A DNA stretch of 53,166 bases, counting the filler, from an uncultured virus (IMG/VR IMGVR_UViG_2124908030_000004) (lineage: Duplodnaviria; Heunggongvirae; Uroviricota; Caudoviricetes; Thumleimavirales; Hafunaviridae). It is 9 parts of one record of this genome, joined end to end, with 100 filler letters (N's around TTAATTAATTAA, not from the genome) between each part and the next. Parts side by side here need not be neighbours in the genome. Positions count along the whole stretch, not along the records: positions 19,103 to 30,984 come from IMGVR_UViG_2124908030_000004; positions 31,085 to 37,575 come from IMGVR_UViG_2124908030_000004; 7 more parts are not named here. One strand, written 5' to 3'. The notes beneath the pieces are model-generated. The model was given only the letters and a program-made list of their open reading frames with translations. It was not told where the DNA came from and made no database searches. This document shows positions 26,888-37,675 of the stretch, one piece after another. A program made the position numbers and the translations under genes. How positions within the stretch are numbered: the stretch's first letter is position 1; each line of letters begins with the position of its first letter.

Positions 26888-29284
26888 TTACGCGCACGGG
26901 GAGTACCAACACTCCGGGCAAATAGCGCAATCGTCAGTATCCTCGAGGATACCATCACCGCAGTCGGGACACAACTCTTGTTCTTCACTCTCCTCCCCCT
27001 CAATGAGTCCAAGTTCGAGGGCTGCTGCATCCGAGATTTCACCCTCGGCGTGTAGCTCTGCAAGCTGCTCGTCGCGCTCCTCGTCGTCCTCATCCAGTTT
27101 GTTGTCCATCCTCGTCGTGAGTACCTGTTCATCACGAGCGCCGTCACGGTACACTGTGAGGCCCTTGATGGAAGCGCCAATTTCAGTGTCGTCAAACGCC
27201 ATCATGTAGGATTCCTTCACGTCTTGACGGGTCGCCTCGTTCGGGAGGTTGACCGTCTTCGAAATGCCAGAGTCAGTAAACTCTTGGAACGCTCGCTGCA
27301 TCCGGGCGTGGTCTTTCGGCGTCACGTCCTGCGTAGTGACAAATATCTCAGAGAACTTCTCAGGGACCGGGAGGTCTTCCACTCCGTCGAACTCTTGGTC
27401 CTCGTCACGCATGATTGCCTCAGCCTCCTCTTTGATTTCATCAACGGGCAGGCCGTTCGCCTCAAGCGTCTGAAGGAAGTAGTCGTCAAACTCAACCAGC
27501 ACGTCGTCGCCCTGAATGTCGTCACCGACGTTCTTGAAATTCGCCACATTGTAGACCGGCTCGCACCCACCGGACGTGTCACCAATCATTGAGGTGGTTC
27601 CGGTCGGCGCGATAGTCGTGATGTTGTGGTTCCGGAGCTTGTACCCGTCCGGGTAATCCTCGGCGGGGAGTCCGGTGTGGTTTTCGAACCACTCGGCGTA
27701 CTCCGTGGGGTCAGCGTACTTGGACTGTTCCCATTCACCGAACACACCGCGCTCTTTGGCAAGCGTGTTGGAGTAGTCAGTACCCTTGTGGTCAATGTAT
27801 CGCATCATGAAGCGGGCCACTTGGAACGACTCGTGAGAGCCGTAGGGAATGCCCATCTGGTAGAGTAGCTGGGCGAACCCCATGATTCCAAGCCCAATCT
27901 TCCGATTCTCTGCTACCGTGTCTTCGATCTCCTGAACCGGGAAGTCACTCTGCGTGACAACGTTATCGAGGAAGCGAACCCCGGCCTGAATGGTCCGGTC
28001 AAGCTCAGAGAAATCAACCACGTCGGAGATATACTCGGCAATCTTGTTCTTGGGCATTTTCCAATCACTCGTCTCATGCTCTTGGAACGTGTTCGCGTCC
28101 TCCTCGAGAATGAGTGAGAGATTGATATGCCCCAAATTGCACGCCTCGTATTCCATGAGCATCTGCTCGGCACAGGGGTTGGTCGCGTTCATCTGCTTGT
28201 CCGGGTACTCGTCAACGTCGAACGAGTGTTCCCGGTTGGAAGCAGAGAAGTTGAACAGCCCCGGCTCTCCGTTCTGCCATGCGCCGTCAATCATAATATC
28301 CCAGATGAACCGGGCGGGCAGCTCCATCGGCTCACCTTCATTGAGGGAGATTTGTTCTGCCCACTTGTCTTCAAGAGCAACGCCCTCAATGCTCTCCATC
28401 TCGTCGGCGTAATCTCGCCAGATGTTAGACTTGACTGGTGCCCCTTCACCGGGGCCGTATGCGTCAACTGGGTTGTCCTTGTACTCTGGGTTGTAGAACT
28501 GAGCGGTCGCCTCACGCACCGTGTACGCCTCCTTATAGTCAGAGTCCGGGTCGTACAGCGTGAACATTTCGTCGTTCTTCACTGCATCCACGAATTCGTC
28601 CGTGGTCCCAACCGAGATGTTGAAGTTCGAGAGGTCGCCCTCGTCTCGCTTGGCGGTAACAAACCGGCCAATGTCCGGGTGGTCCGCTCGGAGAATGCCC
28701 ATCTGAGCGCCCCGACGCTTACCTCCCTGCTTCACCTGATTGCACGTCTCGTCAAAGACACGCATGAATGAAACCGGACCACTTGCCTCACCGCCCGTGC
28801 TGTTGATGTACGCACCCATCGGTCGAAGGTGACTGAAAGCGTACCCAACACCGCCGCCACTCTGGAAAGTTAGAGCGGCCTGCTTTGCCGTCTCAAAGAT
28901 ATCTTCCATGTCGTCCTCCGGCTCAAGGACGAAGCAGGCTGATAGTTGGTTCATGTCCGTTCCAGCGTTCATGAGGGTGGGACTGTTCGGCATGAACCGA
29001 AGTTCGGTCATTTGCTTATGGAATTCATCAGCCCACTTCTCCTGATCTGGCTCACTCTGTTCTGCTCCGGCTACATTATCTGCAACACGCCAGAACATTT
29101 CATCAATACTCTCTGTGGTTTCGCCATCGGAATTCTTCCGTAGATACCGAGAGGGAAGTATTCCAAGCACCGCATTATCTGTTAGCCGGGCTTCAACTTC
29201 TTTTGATTCATCAACAGATTTGATAGGAGTTTCAACTGTGAAATTCGATTCATTGACGAGGTTTGTGTTAACTTTTGAATTCAT
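26888..29284 (-). CDS. nrdJ: class II (B12-dependent) ribonucleotide reductase
   Basis: FMPNSPTLMNAG, QLSACF, QGGKRRGA, TNPCAE, TIAPTGT, C-terminal CxxC ribbon. Confidence 0.95.
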   Translation of the reverse strand: MNSKVNTNLVNESNFTVETPIKSVDESKEVEARLTDNAVLGILPSRYLRKNSDGETTESIDEMFWRVADNVAGAEQSEPDQEKWADEFHKQMTELRFMPNSPTLMNAGTDMNQLSACFVLEPEDDMEDIFETAKQAALTFQSGGGVGYAFSHLRPMGAYINSTGGEASGPVSFMRVFDETCNQVKQGGKRRGAQMGILRADHPDIGRFVTAKRDEGDLSNFNISVGTTDEFVDAVKNDEMFTLYDPDSDYKEAYTVREATAQFYNPEYKDNPVDAYGPGEGAPVKSNIWRDYADEMESIEGVALEDKWAEQISLNEGEPMELPARFIWDIMIDGAWQNGEPGLFNFSASNREHSFDVDEYPDKQMNATNPCAEQMLMEYEACNLGHINLSLILEEDANTFQEHETSDWKMPKNKIAEYISDVVDFSELDRTIQAGVRFLDNVVTQSDFPVQEIEDTVAENRKIGLGIMGFAQLLYQMGIPYGSHESFQVARFMMRYIDHKGTDYSNTLAKERGVFGEWEQSKYADPTEYAEWFENHTGLPAEDYPDGYKLRNHNITTIAPTGTTSMIGDTSGGCEPVYNVANFKNVGDDIQGDDVLVEFDDYFLQTLEANGLPVDEIKEEAEAIMRDEDQEFDGVEDLPVPEKFSEIFVTTQDVTPKDHARMQRAFQEFTDSGISKTVNLPNEATRQDVKESYMMAFDDTEIGASIKGLTVYRDGARDEQVLTTRMDNKLDEDDEERDEQLAELHAEGEISDAAALELGLIEGEESEEQELCPDCGDGILEDTDDCAICPECWYSPCA

Positions 29285-29388
29285 CCGAATAGGCTGCAAA
29301 AAGACCCCACCAACACCTCTCGGTGTGATGGGGTCAATGTATAATTACTCACTGTTACCGCTGTCCGCCGTCCGTCCGCATCGCCTCC

Positions 29389-29433
29389 CTACTCTATTAC
29401 ACAACGTGTAATAACTTAAAGATACCGATATAA
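29389..29433 (-). promoter_or_regulatory. conserved viral promoter, class B (palindromic)
   Basis: Same motif as 11484 and 33662; upstream of nrdJ. Confidence 0.8.
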
Positions 29434-29566
29434 CTCTTAGAGAGTTACGTCAGACTTTTCGCTCGCTGCTTCGCAATCTTCTTAATCGTTTCACCGATCA
29501 ACGCGCCGGTTGTAAGTCCGAGAGCAAACGTCGTCTCGGGTGGCGCTGCGTAGATAATTTCCCACA

Positions 29567-29764
29567 TTACGATAGTTTCTTATACAGGTACAGTACGAAC
29601 GTGTACCTCAGCACGGTACCGGCAAGATAACCGCTACGCCAGTAGTGCTTTTCTTGCTCATACTCATGCTGTCGGCTTCCCCACCGAGCGCCCGAATACA
29701 CCCCGTCAATGAATCCGTGCCACTCGCGGAAAGTGAGGTCTTTGAGTAGCGGAAGATTAGCCAT
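29567..29764 (-). CDS. hypothetical protein
   Basis: MANLPLLKDLTFREWHGFIDG..., downstream of the tail fibre gene. Confidence 0.55.
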   Translation of the reverse strand: MANLPLLKDLTFREWHGFIDGVYSGARWGSRQHEYEQEKHYWRSGYLAGTVLRYTFVLYLYKKLS

Positions 29765-29787
29765 GGTGTCGTCTTCAGAAGTCACAA

Positions 29788-30909
29788 TTAGGTCTGTAGT
29801 TCGCAGTAAACGTGGCTGGAGAAGACTCCATCGAACCCTGAATCGAGTCTGTAGAACGAATCTGCACCGACAACGAAGGAAATATCTGCCTTTTCTTCAT
29901 CACTTGAGGTGTTTGGTTGTTCGTAAATTGTTGTGTTATCTACCGAGACGGAACCACCTCCACCCATCGACACGATGACGAATATCGGGTTCGAGGTCGG
30001 GTTCTGGTAGTCCGTCGGATTGCCGTTGGTATATCTGCTCGTGTAGCTACCGATAGTCAACGTAGAGGCAAATGCACTACTGTCATTTCCATCAAGCGTG
30101 TCAGCGTCACCAGCCGAATCTGCGTAGTCGGCGTTCGGAACGTCTGCGTTGTTATTGACTTCACTTAGCGTGGTGAAATAACTGGAGTCATTTCCGTCCA
30201 ACTGACCTGCATTGTCAGCGTAGTCAGCATTGGGAACATCCGCGTTATTGTTCACTTCACTTAGCGAGGTAAAGGCGCTCGCGTGATTGCCGTCCAGCGT
30301 ATCCGCATCACCGGCATTGTCAGCGTAGTCAGCATTGGGAACGTCCGCGTTGTTGTTCACCTCAGTCAGCGTGGTGAAGTAACTTGAGTCGTTTCCGTCA
30401 AGCGTGTTAGCGTCACCAGCCGAATCTGCGTAGTCGGCATTGGCAACGTCAGCGTTGGAGTTGACCCAACTCTCGGTTGCAACGTTAGACCCACCCTGAC
30501 TCAGAGTTGACGAGACATTGACGTTGCCCGCGAGTGTAAGCGTACCAGTAGAATCCTCAATCTGGTAGCCGCCCATATCGAGGACACCAGCCATTGTGTC
30601 ACCACCACGCCGGAGATGGTTCCGCCATACAGAACTGCTTGCGTCCCAAACGTTTAGCCGCTCAGCGTTCTGGTCGTGATAGAGGTGAGATGCTTCTGGA
30701 GAGGCAGGCTCACCACCGCTACCACCAGAGTCGCTTTCAATTCGGTCATTGGTCACACTAATAAGGTGAGAAATATCGCCAATGAGGTTCGAAGTCAGAA
30801 AGTTATCCCATGCATCAACAGGCTGATCGCCAGCCGTGTAGTTGTAGCCGTCCGGATATTCTGAGCCGTTTGCGCCCCACGTCTTGAGAGCAGAGTTGTA
30901 AGAAGCCAT
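29788..30909 (-). CDS. tail fibre protein with internal repeats
   Basis: GGDTMAGVL fibre-like motif; four NADVxNADYAD...LDG repeats; last gene of the tail module. Confidence 0.75.
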   Translation of the reverse strand: MASYNSALKTWGANGSEYPDGYNYTAGDQPVDAWDNFLTSNLIGDISHLISVTNDRIESDSGGSGGEPASPEASHLYHDQNAERLNVWDASSSVWRNHLRRGGDTMAGVLDMGGYQIEDSTGTLTLAGNVNVSSTLSQGGSNVATESWVNSNADVANADYADSAGDANTLDGNDSSYFTTLTEVNNNADVPNADYADNAGDADTLDGNHASAFTSLSEVNNNADVPNADYADNAGQLDGNDSSYFTTLSEVNNNADVPNADYADSAGDADTLDGNDSSAFASTLTIGSYTSRYTNGNPTDYQNPTSNPIFVIVSMGGGGSVSVDNTTIYEQPNTSSDEEKADISFVVGADSFYRLDSGFDGVFSSHVYCELQT

Positions 30910-31084
30910 GTGTTAGAGTAGTCCCGCATACGTGCCGCCACTGTTCGTCGGGTTTCCGCTTCCGTCAAGTCCGTCGTACCCGAGNNNNNNNNNNNNNNNN
31001 NNNNNNNNNNNNNNNNNNNNNNNNNNNNTTAATTAATTAANNNNNNNNNNNNNNNNNNNNNNNNNNNNNNNNNNNNNNNNNNNN

Positions 31085-32749
31085 AGCAGCAAAACCAATA
31101 GCCAAGAGTGCGGTTGCTGCTGCAATAGCAGTAGCGATAGACTGAGCGAACGAATAGGTCAACTCAGTTGCCAGAAGCATATTGAACGCATACGCCTGAA
31201 TTGAACTAATCGCCGCACCAATCAGCGGAATAGTCGAACCCGCCAACAGAGTGCCAATAGAGACAAGGGCACCAAACGCAGTTGAAACTGCTGTAGAGAG
31301 AATGAAGAATCCTGCAATAATTCCAAACAGCCCAGAGACGAAGGAATTATTAAGCAGGTCCGACATTCCGGCAAGTACCTTGAAGAACGGGACCAGCATT
31401 GCAGTCGCCTTTCCAACAATCATGAAGACGTTGAAAATAGTGACTGCAATCAGACTAAGAGATTTGCCCAACCGCATGAGCATATCCATGTTCTTATAGC
31501 CCGTTTGAAGTAGCCATTCGAAAAGGTCGAGAAGCCCGCCTCCAAGAACCTTAGCGAACGTGGAAGCCATCTCCGAAATGATTCCAGAGTTTCGAACAAT
31601 GATATTGAAGAATTCTTCAATCATGTCCGTACCGCCCTCTAACGCGCTCATTATGTCGTCGTCAAAGACTGTCAGCCCTTCCATAGACTCAGCAATCCCA
31701 TCCATCTCGCCCGGAATTGCGTTGAAGAACTGGTCGGCAATAGGCGCGAACAGTTGAGCGGTCGGCTGGAAGCTCTGGAACAGCTCTCGTTTCAAGTCTT
31801 TCAGACTCTCTTTAGCATTGGCGAACGCTTCGCCCATACTATCACCGTGGCCGATCAGACCAAGCCCAATCAGGGCACCGCCGGCAACAGCAACGGAACC
31901 CATCGCGGCTGCAACGCCCGCCGCTTGAACAGCGAAGGCACCAAGTGCGGGGAGCAGGGCACCGATGATGTTCCACCACATCTGCATATTCGGAATGACT
32001 TTCCGAAGCCTTTTGTTAATCTTCCCACCACTGCCGTCCAATTTTTCTACAATGCTATTGTTATTTGAGTCACGGTCTACATCCCAACTGAATTTATCTT
32101 GGTCAATATTACCGAACATTGAGCCGCTGGGTCGGGAAACATTGAACATGGAATCCCGAAGGCTTCCACGGCGAGCATCATAGCGTTCTTCAGCAGAGTC
32201 AGCGTCAGACCTGTCTGACTTTGTAGCATATCCGCCGGGGACATTCTCACCAATACGAGTGAATACCTCTTTGGGACTGCTACTCGTCTTGTCCTTGTCT
32301 GTTGTCTTACCCTTGGAACTGCTACTCGAGCCGCCTTCTCCTTCTTTCTGCTCTAAAATCTTTTCAAGGTCGCGGGTGGTAAGGAAATTCTCGGTAAGGC
32401 TGTTGAGGTTTATGCCCTCGGTATCAGTATGAGTTTTGCGAAGTCCAAGACCTTCAACATCTAAGTCTCCACTATCACTTCCAGTGTCGCCGCCAGAATC
32501 ACCATCACCTTCACGAATAGTAGGCAGATCAAGATTCTCAAGCCGGTCAATGGACTTGTCAAGGTCTTTGGTTAAATCATCAGTCAGACCTTCAAGCGCG
32601 TCACCGAGGTCGTCAAGTGTCTCACCGAGGTCACCATCGAGGTCAAAATCAATATCAAGGTCGTCGTCAAGAGTTTCAAGCTCAGCCTTGAGTTCCGTAA
32701 TCCGGGCACTGACGCCGCTCGCGTCAAGATTAATGTCAATTGAAACCAT
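31085..32749 (-). CDS. tape measure protein (partial)
   Basis: Long Ala/Gly-rich hydrophobic helical protein directly after the tail chaperones. Confidence 0.8.
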
Positions 32750-32755
32750 AAAAAA

Positions 32756-33058
32756 TTAGTCAATGAACGAGGTGTTCGCCTCGTTACCCTCAGATTCAGA
32801 GCGATACCGAACGGTATCCTCTTTCTTGGTCTGAGAACCACCACCCGCTCCGGGGTGTGAGTTGCGTGTGTGTCCGCTTCCACCGCCGGGTTGGTCAGGC
32901 ATCCTTTCCTGCTGCTCCCGCGCTTTCTTGGCCTCTATTGCCTCGTAGAGTTGCCGCTGGAAGGGAATCATCTCTCGCTGATCGTCAGAGCCAACGAACC
33001 CAGCACCGATATCCTCAGCCAGCCCGAAAATGCTATTCGCTGCCCCCGTCTCTACGAA
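32756..33058 (-). CDS. tail assembly chaperone frameshift extension (gpT-like)
   Basis: ORF in the +1 frame overlapping the chaperone end at TTT-CGT, with no good independent start. Confidence 0.65.
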   Translation of the reverse strand, partial: FVETGAANSIFGLAEDIGAGFVGSDDQREMIPFQRQLYEAIEAKKAREQQERMPDQPGGGSGHTRNSHPGAGGGSQTKKEDTVRYRSESEGNEANTSFID

Positions 33059-33542
33059 ACTTCTCTGCTTTCTCTGCGTTGGACGAGATATCCAGAACTG
33101 CCTCAGCAATCAGAAGCGTCGTGCCACCAATCAGGCCGATGTTGTTCTCCTCGTTGTCGGAGATACCGAAAATCTCCTCAAGGCCCTCTACCGTCTCACC
33201 AGCCACGTCGCCCTGTGTGGTGTCAATACCACGGACAGCGATATCGGCCATAACCTCTACAAACTCTTGGTCGAACTGAGAGGTGTCAACCTCATTGTTA
33301 TCAAGGTCGGCCTCCTCCTCGATTTTCTCCTGTGCTTCCTCAGCATCCATGTCAAGTTTCTCCTCGAGAACAGCAGCAATTGGAAGGAACTTAATCCCGA
33401 CAATAGGCTTGACAAAGATAGTCAGTTCCTCACCGAGATAGGGGAACGTCTGTTCCTCCCGGTACTCTTTACCCCTGACAGCAAGTTCTCGTAGTTTGGA
33501 AATGTTAACGTCAGATTCGTTAGTGTCTTCAGTTTCGCTCAT
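33033..33542 (-). CDS. tail assembly chaperone (gpG-like)
   Basis: Lies between tail tube and tape measure genes; ends ...EKFRRDGGSE. Confidence 0.75.
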   Translation of the reverse strand: MSETEDTNESDVNISKLRELAVRGKEYREEQTFPYLGEELTIFVKPIVGIKFLPIAAVLEEKLDMDAEEAQEKIEEEADLDNNEVDTSQFDQEFVEVMADIAVRGIDTTQGDVAGETVEGLEEIFGISDNEENNIGLIGGTTLLIAEAVLDISSNAEKAEKFRRDGGSE

Positions 33543-33661
33543 AGTAATCAAATTAGAGAGATAAAATACATTGAGGAGGTTTAGAACGTTTCCAAATCCC
33601 TCAATGAAGATTATCTCAGTATTAAAAAGACCGCAAAGGGTTGTTCGTTCTCAACTCCTCC

Positions 33662-33706
33662 CTACTCTATTACACAACGTGTAATAACTTAAAGATACCG
33701 ATTTAA
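33662..33706 (-). promoter_or_regulatory. conserved viral promoter, class B (palindromic)
   Basis: Same motif as 11484 and 29389. Confidence 0.8.
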
Positions 33707-33709
33707 CTC

Positions 33710-34072
33710 TTAGGCGTCCTCGGTATTCCGGTCCATCGCCACCCAATCGTAGGCAGTTTCGGTTTCAGACTCAGACTGAACCTCGTAGGAGTCGGAAGTC
33801 ACCATCACGTCTTCATACGTCTCTACTTTGCCAGAGAGTTCGTGTGTGATGCTCACCGACACGGGGTTGGGGATACCATCATCATCGAACAGCAGCTCGT
33901 CAAGCCGCATCTCCTGCCCATCAGGGCCGGACACGCGCTCGCCCATGAACTGAATGGACCCGGAGAACGAGATCATCGTTACGGAATAGCCGCTCGCCTT
34001 GAGCGACCCCTCGCGGACTTCCGAGATTTCGACCTCCTTCGTGGTGTCAAGCTGAGAAACAGGAACGCGCAT
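33710..34072 (-). CDS. tail tube protein (N-terminus uncertain)
   Basis: Small beta-rich protein upstream of the chaperone; adjacent to a gap. Confidence 0.65.
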   Translation of the reverse strand: MRVPVSQLDTTKEVEISEVREGSLKASGYSVTMISFSGSIQFMGERVSGPDGQEMRLDELLFDDDGIPNPVSVSITHELSGKVETYEDVMVTSDSYEVQSESETETAYDWVAMDRNTEDA

Positions 34073-34117
34073 GATATTTGCATCGCCCCCACCAGCNNNN
34101 NNNNNNNNNNNNNNNNT

Positions 34118-34554
34118 TGAGCCGTCAGTTTGGATTCATTGAGGGCGCGTTGGGGGAAGGAGAGTTGCACAACCCCATTCTCTGAAAGCTCTTTGTAGCC
34201 GATATCGCTTGGGTCAATCTCAAGGATTGTAGAGGAGCTTTCAATCAATTCGTTAACCCCACCCTCGTTTGTGATTGAGCGGAATTCAGCCCGCACTCGA
34301 GCGCGGTATTGTTCTATGTTTTCTCCTTCTTTGATGTTAACAGAGATGAGTTTAGCAATCTCCTCAATCCCCTCAATGCTGTTTGATTCTTGGACTGTCG
34401 TTCTATTGTCCAACTGCTGAATATCAGAATTCAGCTTGTCAAACTCTTTCCCGATAACATCAAGCAGGTTGTAATTACCACCACCCTCCTCGCTTGGCAT
34501 CCACGGGGGAAGATAGTCGAAAATCTCCTCGCCAGAGTTGCTTGGTTCAACCAT
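34118..34554 (-). CDS. baseplate wedge protein (partial)
   Basis: YLPPWMP...GE..EQYRARV; follows the baseplate J gene. Confidence 0.65.
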
Positions 34555-34559
34555 TCAGT

Positions 34560-35796
34560 TTACACCTGATTGGTGGTGACAGAGATGGTCGAATCCGTAG
34601 CGTCTGCAACCGCGAGGTCGCTCTCTGCAATATTGATATTCGATGTGCCGGTCGGTGACGACGAAACTCCAACCTGAAGGTTCGTAACGTCGTACACACC
34701 GGGCGTGTTCCGAACTGCGTACTCTACCTCTCCGTAGATCACATCTTTGCCCACACGGAGCTTGCCTTTCGTCTCAATGCCAGAGGAATAGACGCCGCCA
34801 ATATACTCAATAATCTTGTCTCTCAACTCGCCGTCGCCAGCGTAGTTGCTTTCTACAGACACATCAACATTGATGTAGATTTTAATTGGGGTTGGACGAG
34901 AGAAATCAACTGTGAATTCCTGTCCATTGACGAGGGTAGCCGTGGCTGAAGTCCCGGTCCCGTTAGCACCGCCATACGGGGTGTCGCCAGCCGCTTTTGT
35001 CTCGAGAATTCGCTGGGCAACATCCTCGTCTGTTCCACCCTGTACCACTGCTTCAAAGGAGTGACTGGGCAAGCCGCCGCTTCCGGTATTGTCTTGGCTG
35101 GTATCGTTGACGTAAACTACTGCGTCAGAAACATCTCGAACGTCAAGAACATTATTCAGAATGGCTGGAGTGGAAGCGCGAGAACCTTTTGACAGCTCCT
35201 CTTTCGCCCGCCGTCGAAGTTCGTCGTCTTCTTCTGTTTCTGACCCACCCGTAATTGTAGCCGGATTAGAGACAGAATCAATACCAATTGGCGGGTTTGG
35301 CATTACCGTAACCGTTTCCGCAGCCGTATTAGAATCTACACCAGATTCTACAGCCGTTATCGAAACATTCGAAACAGACAACGAGCCAGAAGCAAGAGTC
35401 ACTTGATTGTCTGTCTCGTACTGTTGTGGCGAATTGGACTGAGTTTGAACAGCCGTTCCCCGAGGAATGATGTAATCCTGTGAAGCGTTGGTGCTGCGGG
35501 AGAAAGTGACCTCACCTTCTGCTTTCATCTGGGGAATTCGGCTTACCCCAATCAATGCAGTAAGCAGATCAAGAGCCTCTCCCTGAGCGTTGTCAATCTG
35601 AGTAGACTCAAGAACCAGCCCAATATCGTTTTGCGTCTTTGCAAATAACTCAGCCACCGGGCGGTAAAGCAAGCGGATTGCCGCAAGTTCGTCTTTCTTA
35701 ATTTCCTCTCCCCCAATACTTCTCCGCATTAGTAATCATTGCACCAAGAAGTTCTTCGACAGAATCCTCCTGATAGTCTCCGTTATTGAATGTCAT
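34560..35796 (-). CDS. baseplate J-like protein (frameshift near 5' end)
   Basis: AQGEALD, IPRGT.V, GGSETEEDDELRRR, VDFSRP motifs. Confidence 0.9.
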
Positions 35797-36119
35797 TCAG
35801 ATATGTTAAGTTCAAAAACTTCGTCAGAAGTGTAAACAATACGTAAATCCAGCGTATTCGGCTTCTCCGGACTCGGAGTAACGTTCACGGATTTCACTTC
35901 ATCAAGGCGGTCGTGGTCCCGAGCAACCCGGTTGACCTGCAACCTTGTTTTCTGGATAGCAGCTTCACGGTCAATCTCTCCGAGCGCCGTGTCGTAGAGA
36001 TAATCAGTCAGTGCAATTGCGATAGACTGTTCAAATTCATCTCGTTTCGAAACAGTTTGAATGTCATTTCGGTCGTCAAGATGTACTGAAAAGTCGCTGT
36101 CAAGAGAGATATCTAACAT
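35793..36119 (-). CDS. baseplate wedge subunit (gp25/gp46-like)
   Basis: Size and position between the spike and J genes. Confidence 0.65.
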   Translation of the reverse strand: MLDISLDSDFSVHLDDRNDIQTVSKRDEFEQSIAIALTDYLYDTALGEIDREAAIQKTRLQVNRVARDHDRLDEVKSVNVTPSPEKPNTLDLRIVYTSDEVFELNISE

Positions 36120-36124
36120 GAGTG

Positions 36125-36604
36125 TTATTCTACCGTAGTAGACGTTCCCGATTCGTTTGGTCCGGTTGTCGTTCCTGTCGAACCGTCAGCCTTGGTGAAG
36201 GTGTGGGTGTGTGCTTGCACCGCTACTTCTACCGCCTTCGATGATTCGCCAATTGTCACGTCGCCGGACGCTTTGACTGTGATATCGTAGTTTCCCGAAC
36301 CATTCTCCTCAGCAATAATCCGAGTGTCCGGGTCGAATTGAAGGACGAATTCCCCTTCATTGAGCGAAGGAGGAGATTCGCTTTTCCCCATTGGCGAGAG
36401 AATGCCTTCAACATATTCAGTTCCAGTATTTGTTTCAGAAATTATTGCCCGCTGGCCTTCTTCTGGAACTTTCATAATCCCTGTGAATTTATTCAGGAGT
36501 GGGATTCCAGTGTAAGTTACATTGACGCGATTAGGAGAATAGCCGTCAATTAGAACCAATCCTTCTTCTACAGAGACGTTAGTAATCAGTGCTTCCTTAG
36601 TCAT
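36125..36604 (-). CDS. baseplate spike protein
   Basis: N-terminal OB-like VPEEGQ region and C-terminal HTH (HxH) metal-binding tip. Confidence 0.7.
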   Translation of the reverse strand: MTKEALITNVSVEEGLVLIDGYSPNRVNVTYTGIPLLNKFTGIMKVPEEGQRAIISETNTGTEYVEGILSPMGKSESPPSLNEGEFVLQFDPDTRIIAEENGSGNYDITVKASGDVTIGESSKAVEVAVQAHTHTFTKADGSTGTTTGPNESGTSTTVE

Positions 36605-37574
36605 AGACCTGATCTTCGTATAGATAGTCTTCGTTTGTGGGGTCGAAATATCGCATCCGTGTATCAATTTTCTCTTGTGGATAGAGATTCACGTCAAGGT
36701 CAATATTCCAAGCCCCAGCATCGAAGTTGTGCTGAACACCGCTTATCGTGTACGTCTTGTCGTTAAGCGTGTCATAGCAATCTTCATCCTGAGTCTGTAC
36801 CAGCCGAATTAAATCGCCAGTTTTGACCTGTTGGAATTCACTAAATCTGGTACTTGACAACTGCGTGTCAATGCTGACTGACCCAGAATATTGCTCTCGC
36901 ATTCTATTTTTCAGCGCGGTGTATGCGATAGAAGTCAGAGAATCGCGTTTCAATCCGTTCGGACTGACTACCAAACTTTTACCGGCATCCACTCCTCGCC
37001 GCTGAGCAACTCCTTGAGGGATTAGATTTGGATTTTCAATCTCGTCAAATTCTTTGGTCACTACCGCCTCAAGGATTTGTTTGTTCTTGTTATTACGAGG
37101 GTCGTCAATCAAGTCACCCTTGACAACAACCTTCTTAATTGGCTGACTTGGTTGGCGAACACTCTGGTTCTTGACCCGCCAAACCCGAGGGTCATGCTTA
37201 CTTCCGAGGTGATCTACTGAGTCGTTCTCAGGCTCACCGATTTGAAGAAACCCGTCTTCTGTCGTCCAACAGGTAAGACCCAACTTTTTGTTCGTTTTCC
37301 AGAGCGCCTCGAGACAACTGATTGAGTCGAAGTCAATAGAAAACTTCCCCCCAAGCTGCCTTTCCAGTTCGGCACCATCACCATCAGAACCAAACGCAAC
37401 TTCTGCGAATTTGCTATCAACAACAGGATTTTTTAGATTCTGAAGGCTGTACTTGATACCTACGAGAAAGTTCTCTGTTTCAGCGACTTCAAAGATTTTC
37501 CCGTACACGTCTTTCGGAGTGCCGGGGTCGAACTTCTGGTCAATGATTGTCTCGCCCAGTATTTTCTGAGGGTC
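36597..37574 (-). CDS. baseplate hub protein (partial)
   Basis: Position, plus YTISGVQHNF...W...L C-terminal pattern. Confidence 0.65.
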   Translation of the reverse strand, partial: DPQKILGETIIDQKFDPGTPKDVYGKIFEVAETENFLVGIKYSLQNLKNPVVDSKFAEVAFGSDGDGAELERQLGGKFSIDFDSISCLEALWKTNKKLGLTCWTTEDGFLQIGEPENDSVDHLGSKHDPRVWRVKNQSVRQPSQPIKKVVVKGDLIDDPRNNKNKQILEAVVTKEFDEIENPNLIPQGVAQRRGVDAGKSLVVSPNGLKRDSLTSIAYTALKNRMREQYSGSVSIDTQLSSTRFSEFQQVKTGDLIRLVQTQDEDCYDTLNDKTYTISGVQHNFDAGAWNIDLDVNLYPQEKIDTRMRYFDPTNEDYLYEDQVYD

Positions 37575-37675
37575 ANNNNNNNNNNNNNNNNNNNNNNNNN
37601 NNNNNNNNNNNNNNNNNNNTTAATTAATTAANNNNNNNNNNNNNNNNNNNNNNNNNNNNNNNNNNNNNNNNNNNN

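Noticed and set aside
22485..35796. Frameshifts in thyX and baseplate J (also the phosphoesterase and 16307 genes) as pseudogenes or recoding
   Set aside because: Single indels in otherwise intact genes of a low-quality draft, with no slippery motif seen; most likely sequencing errors
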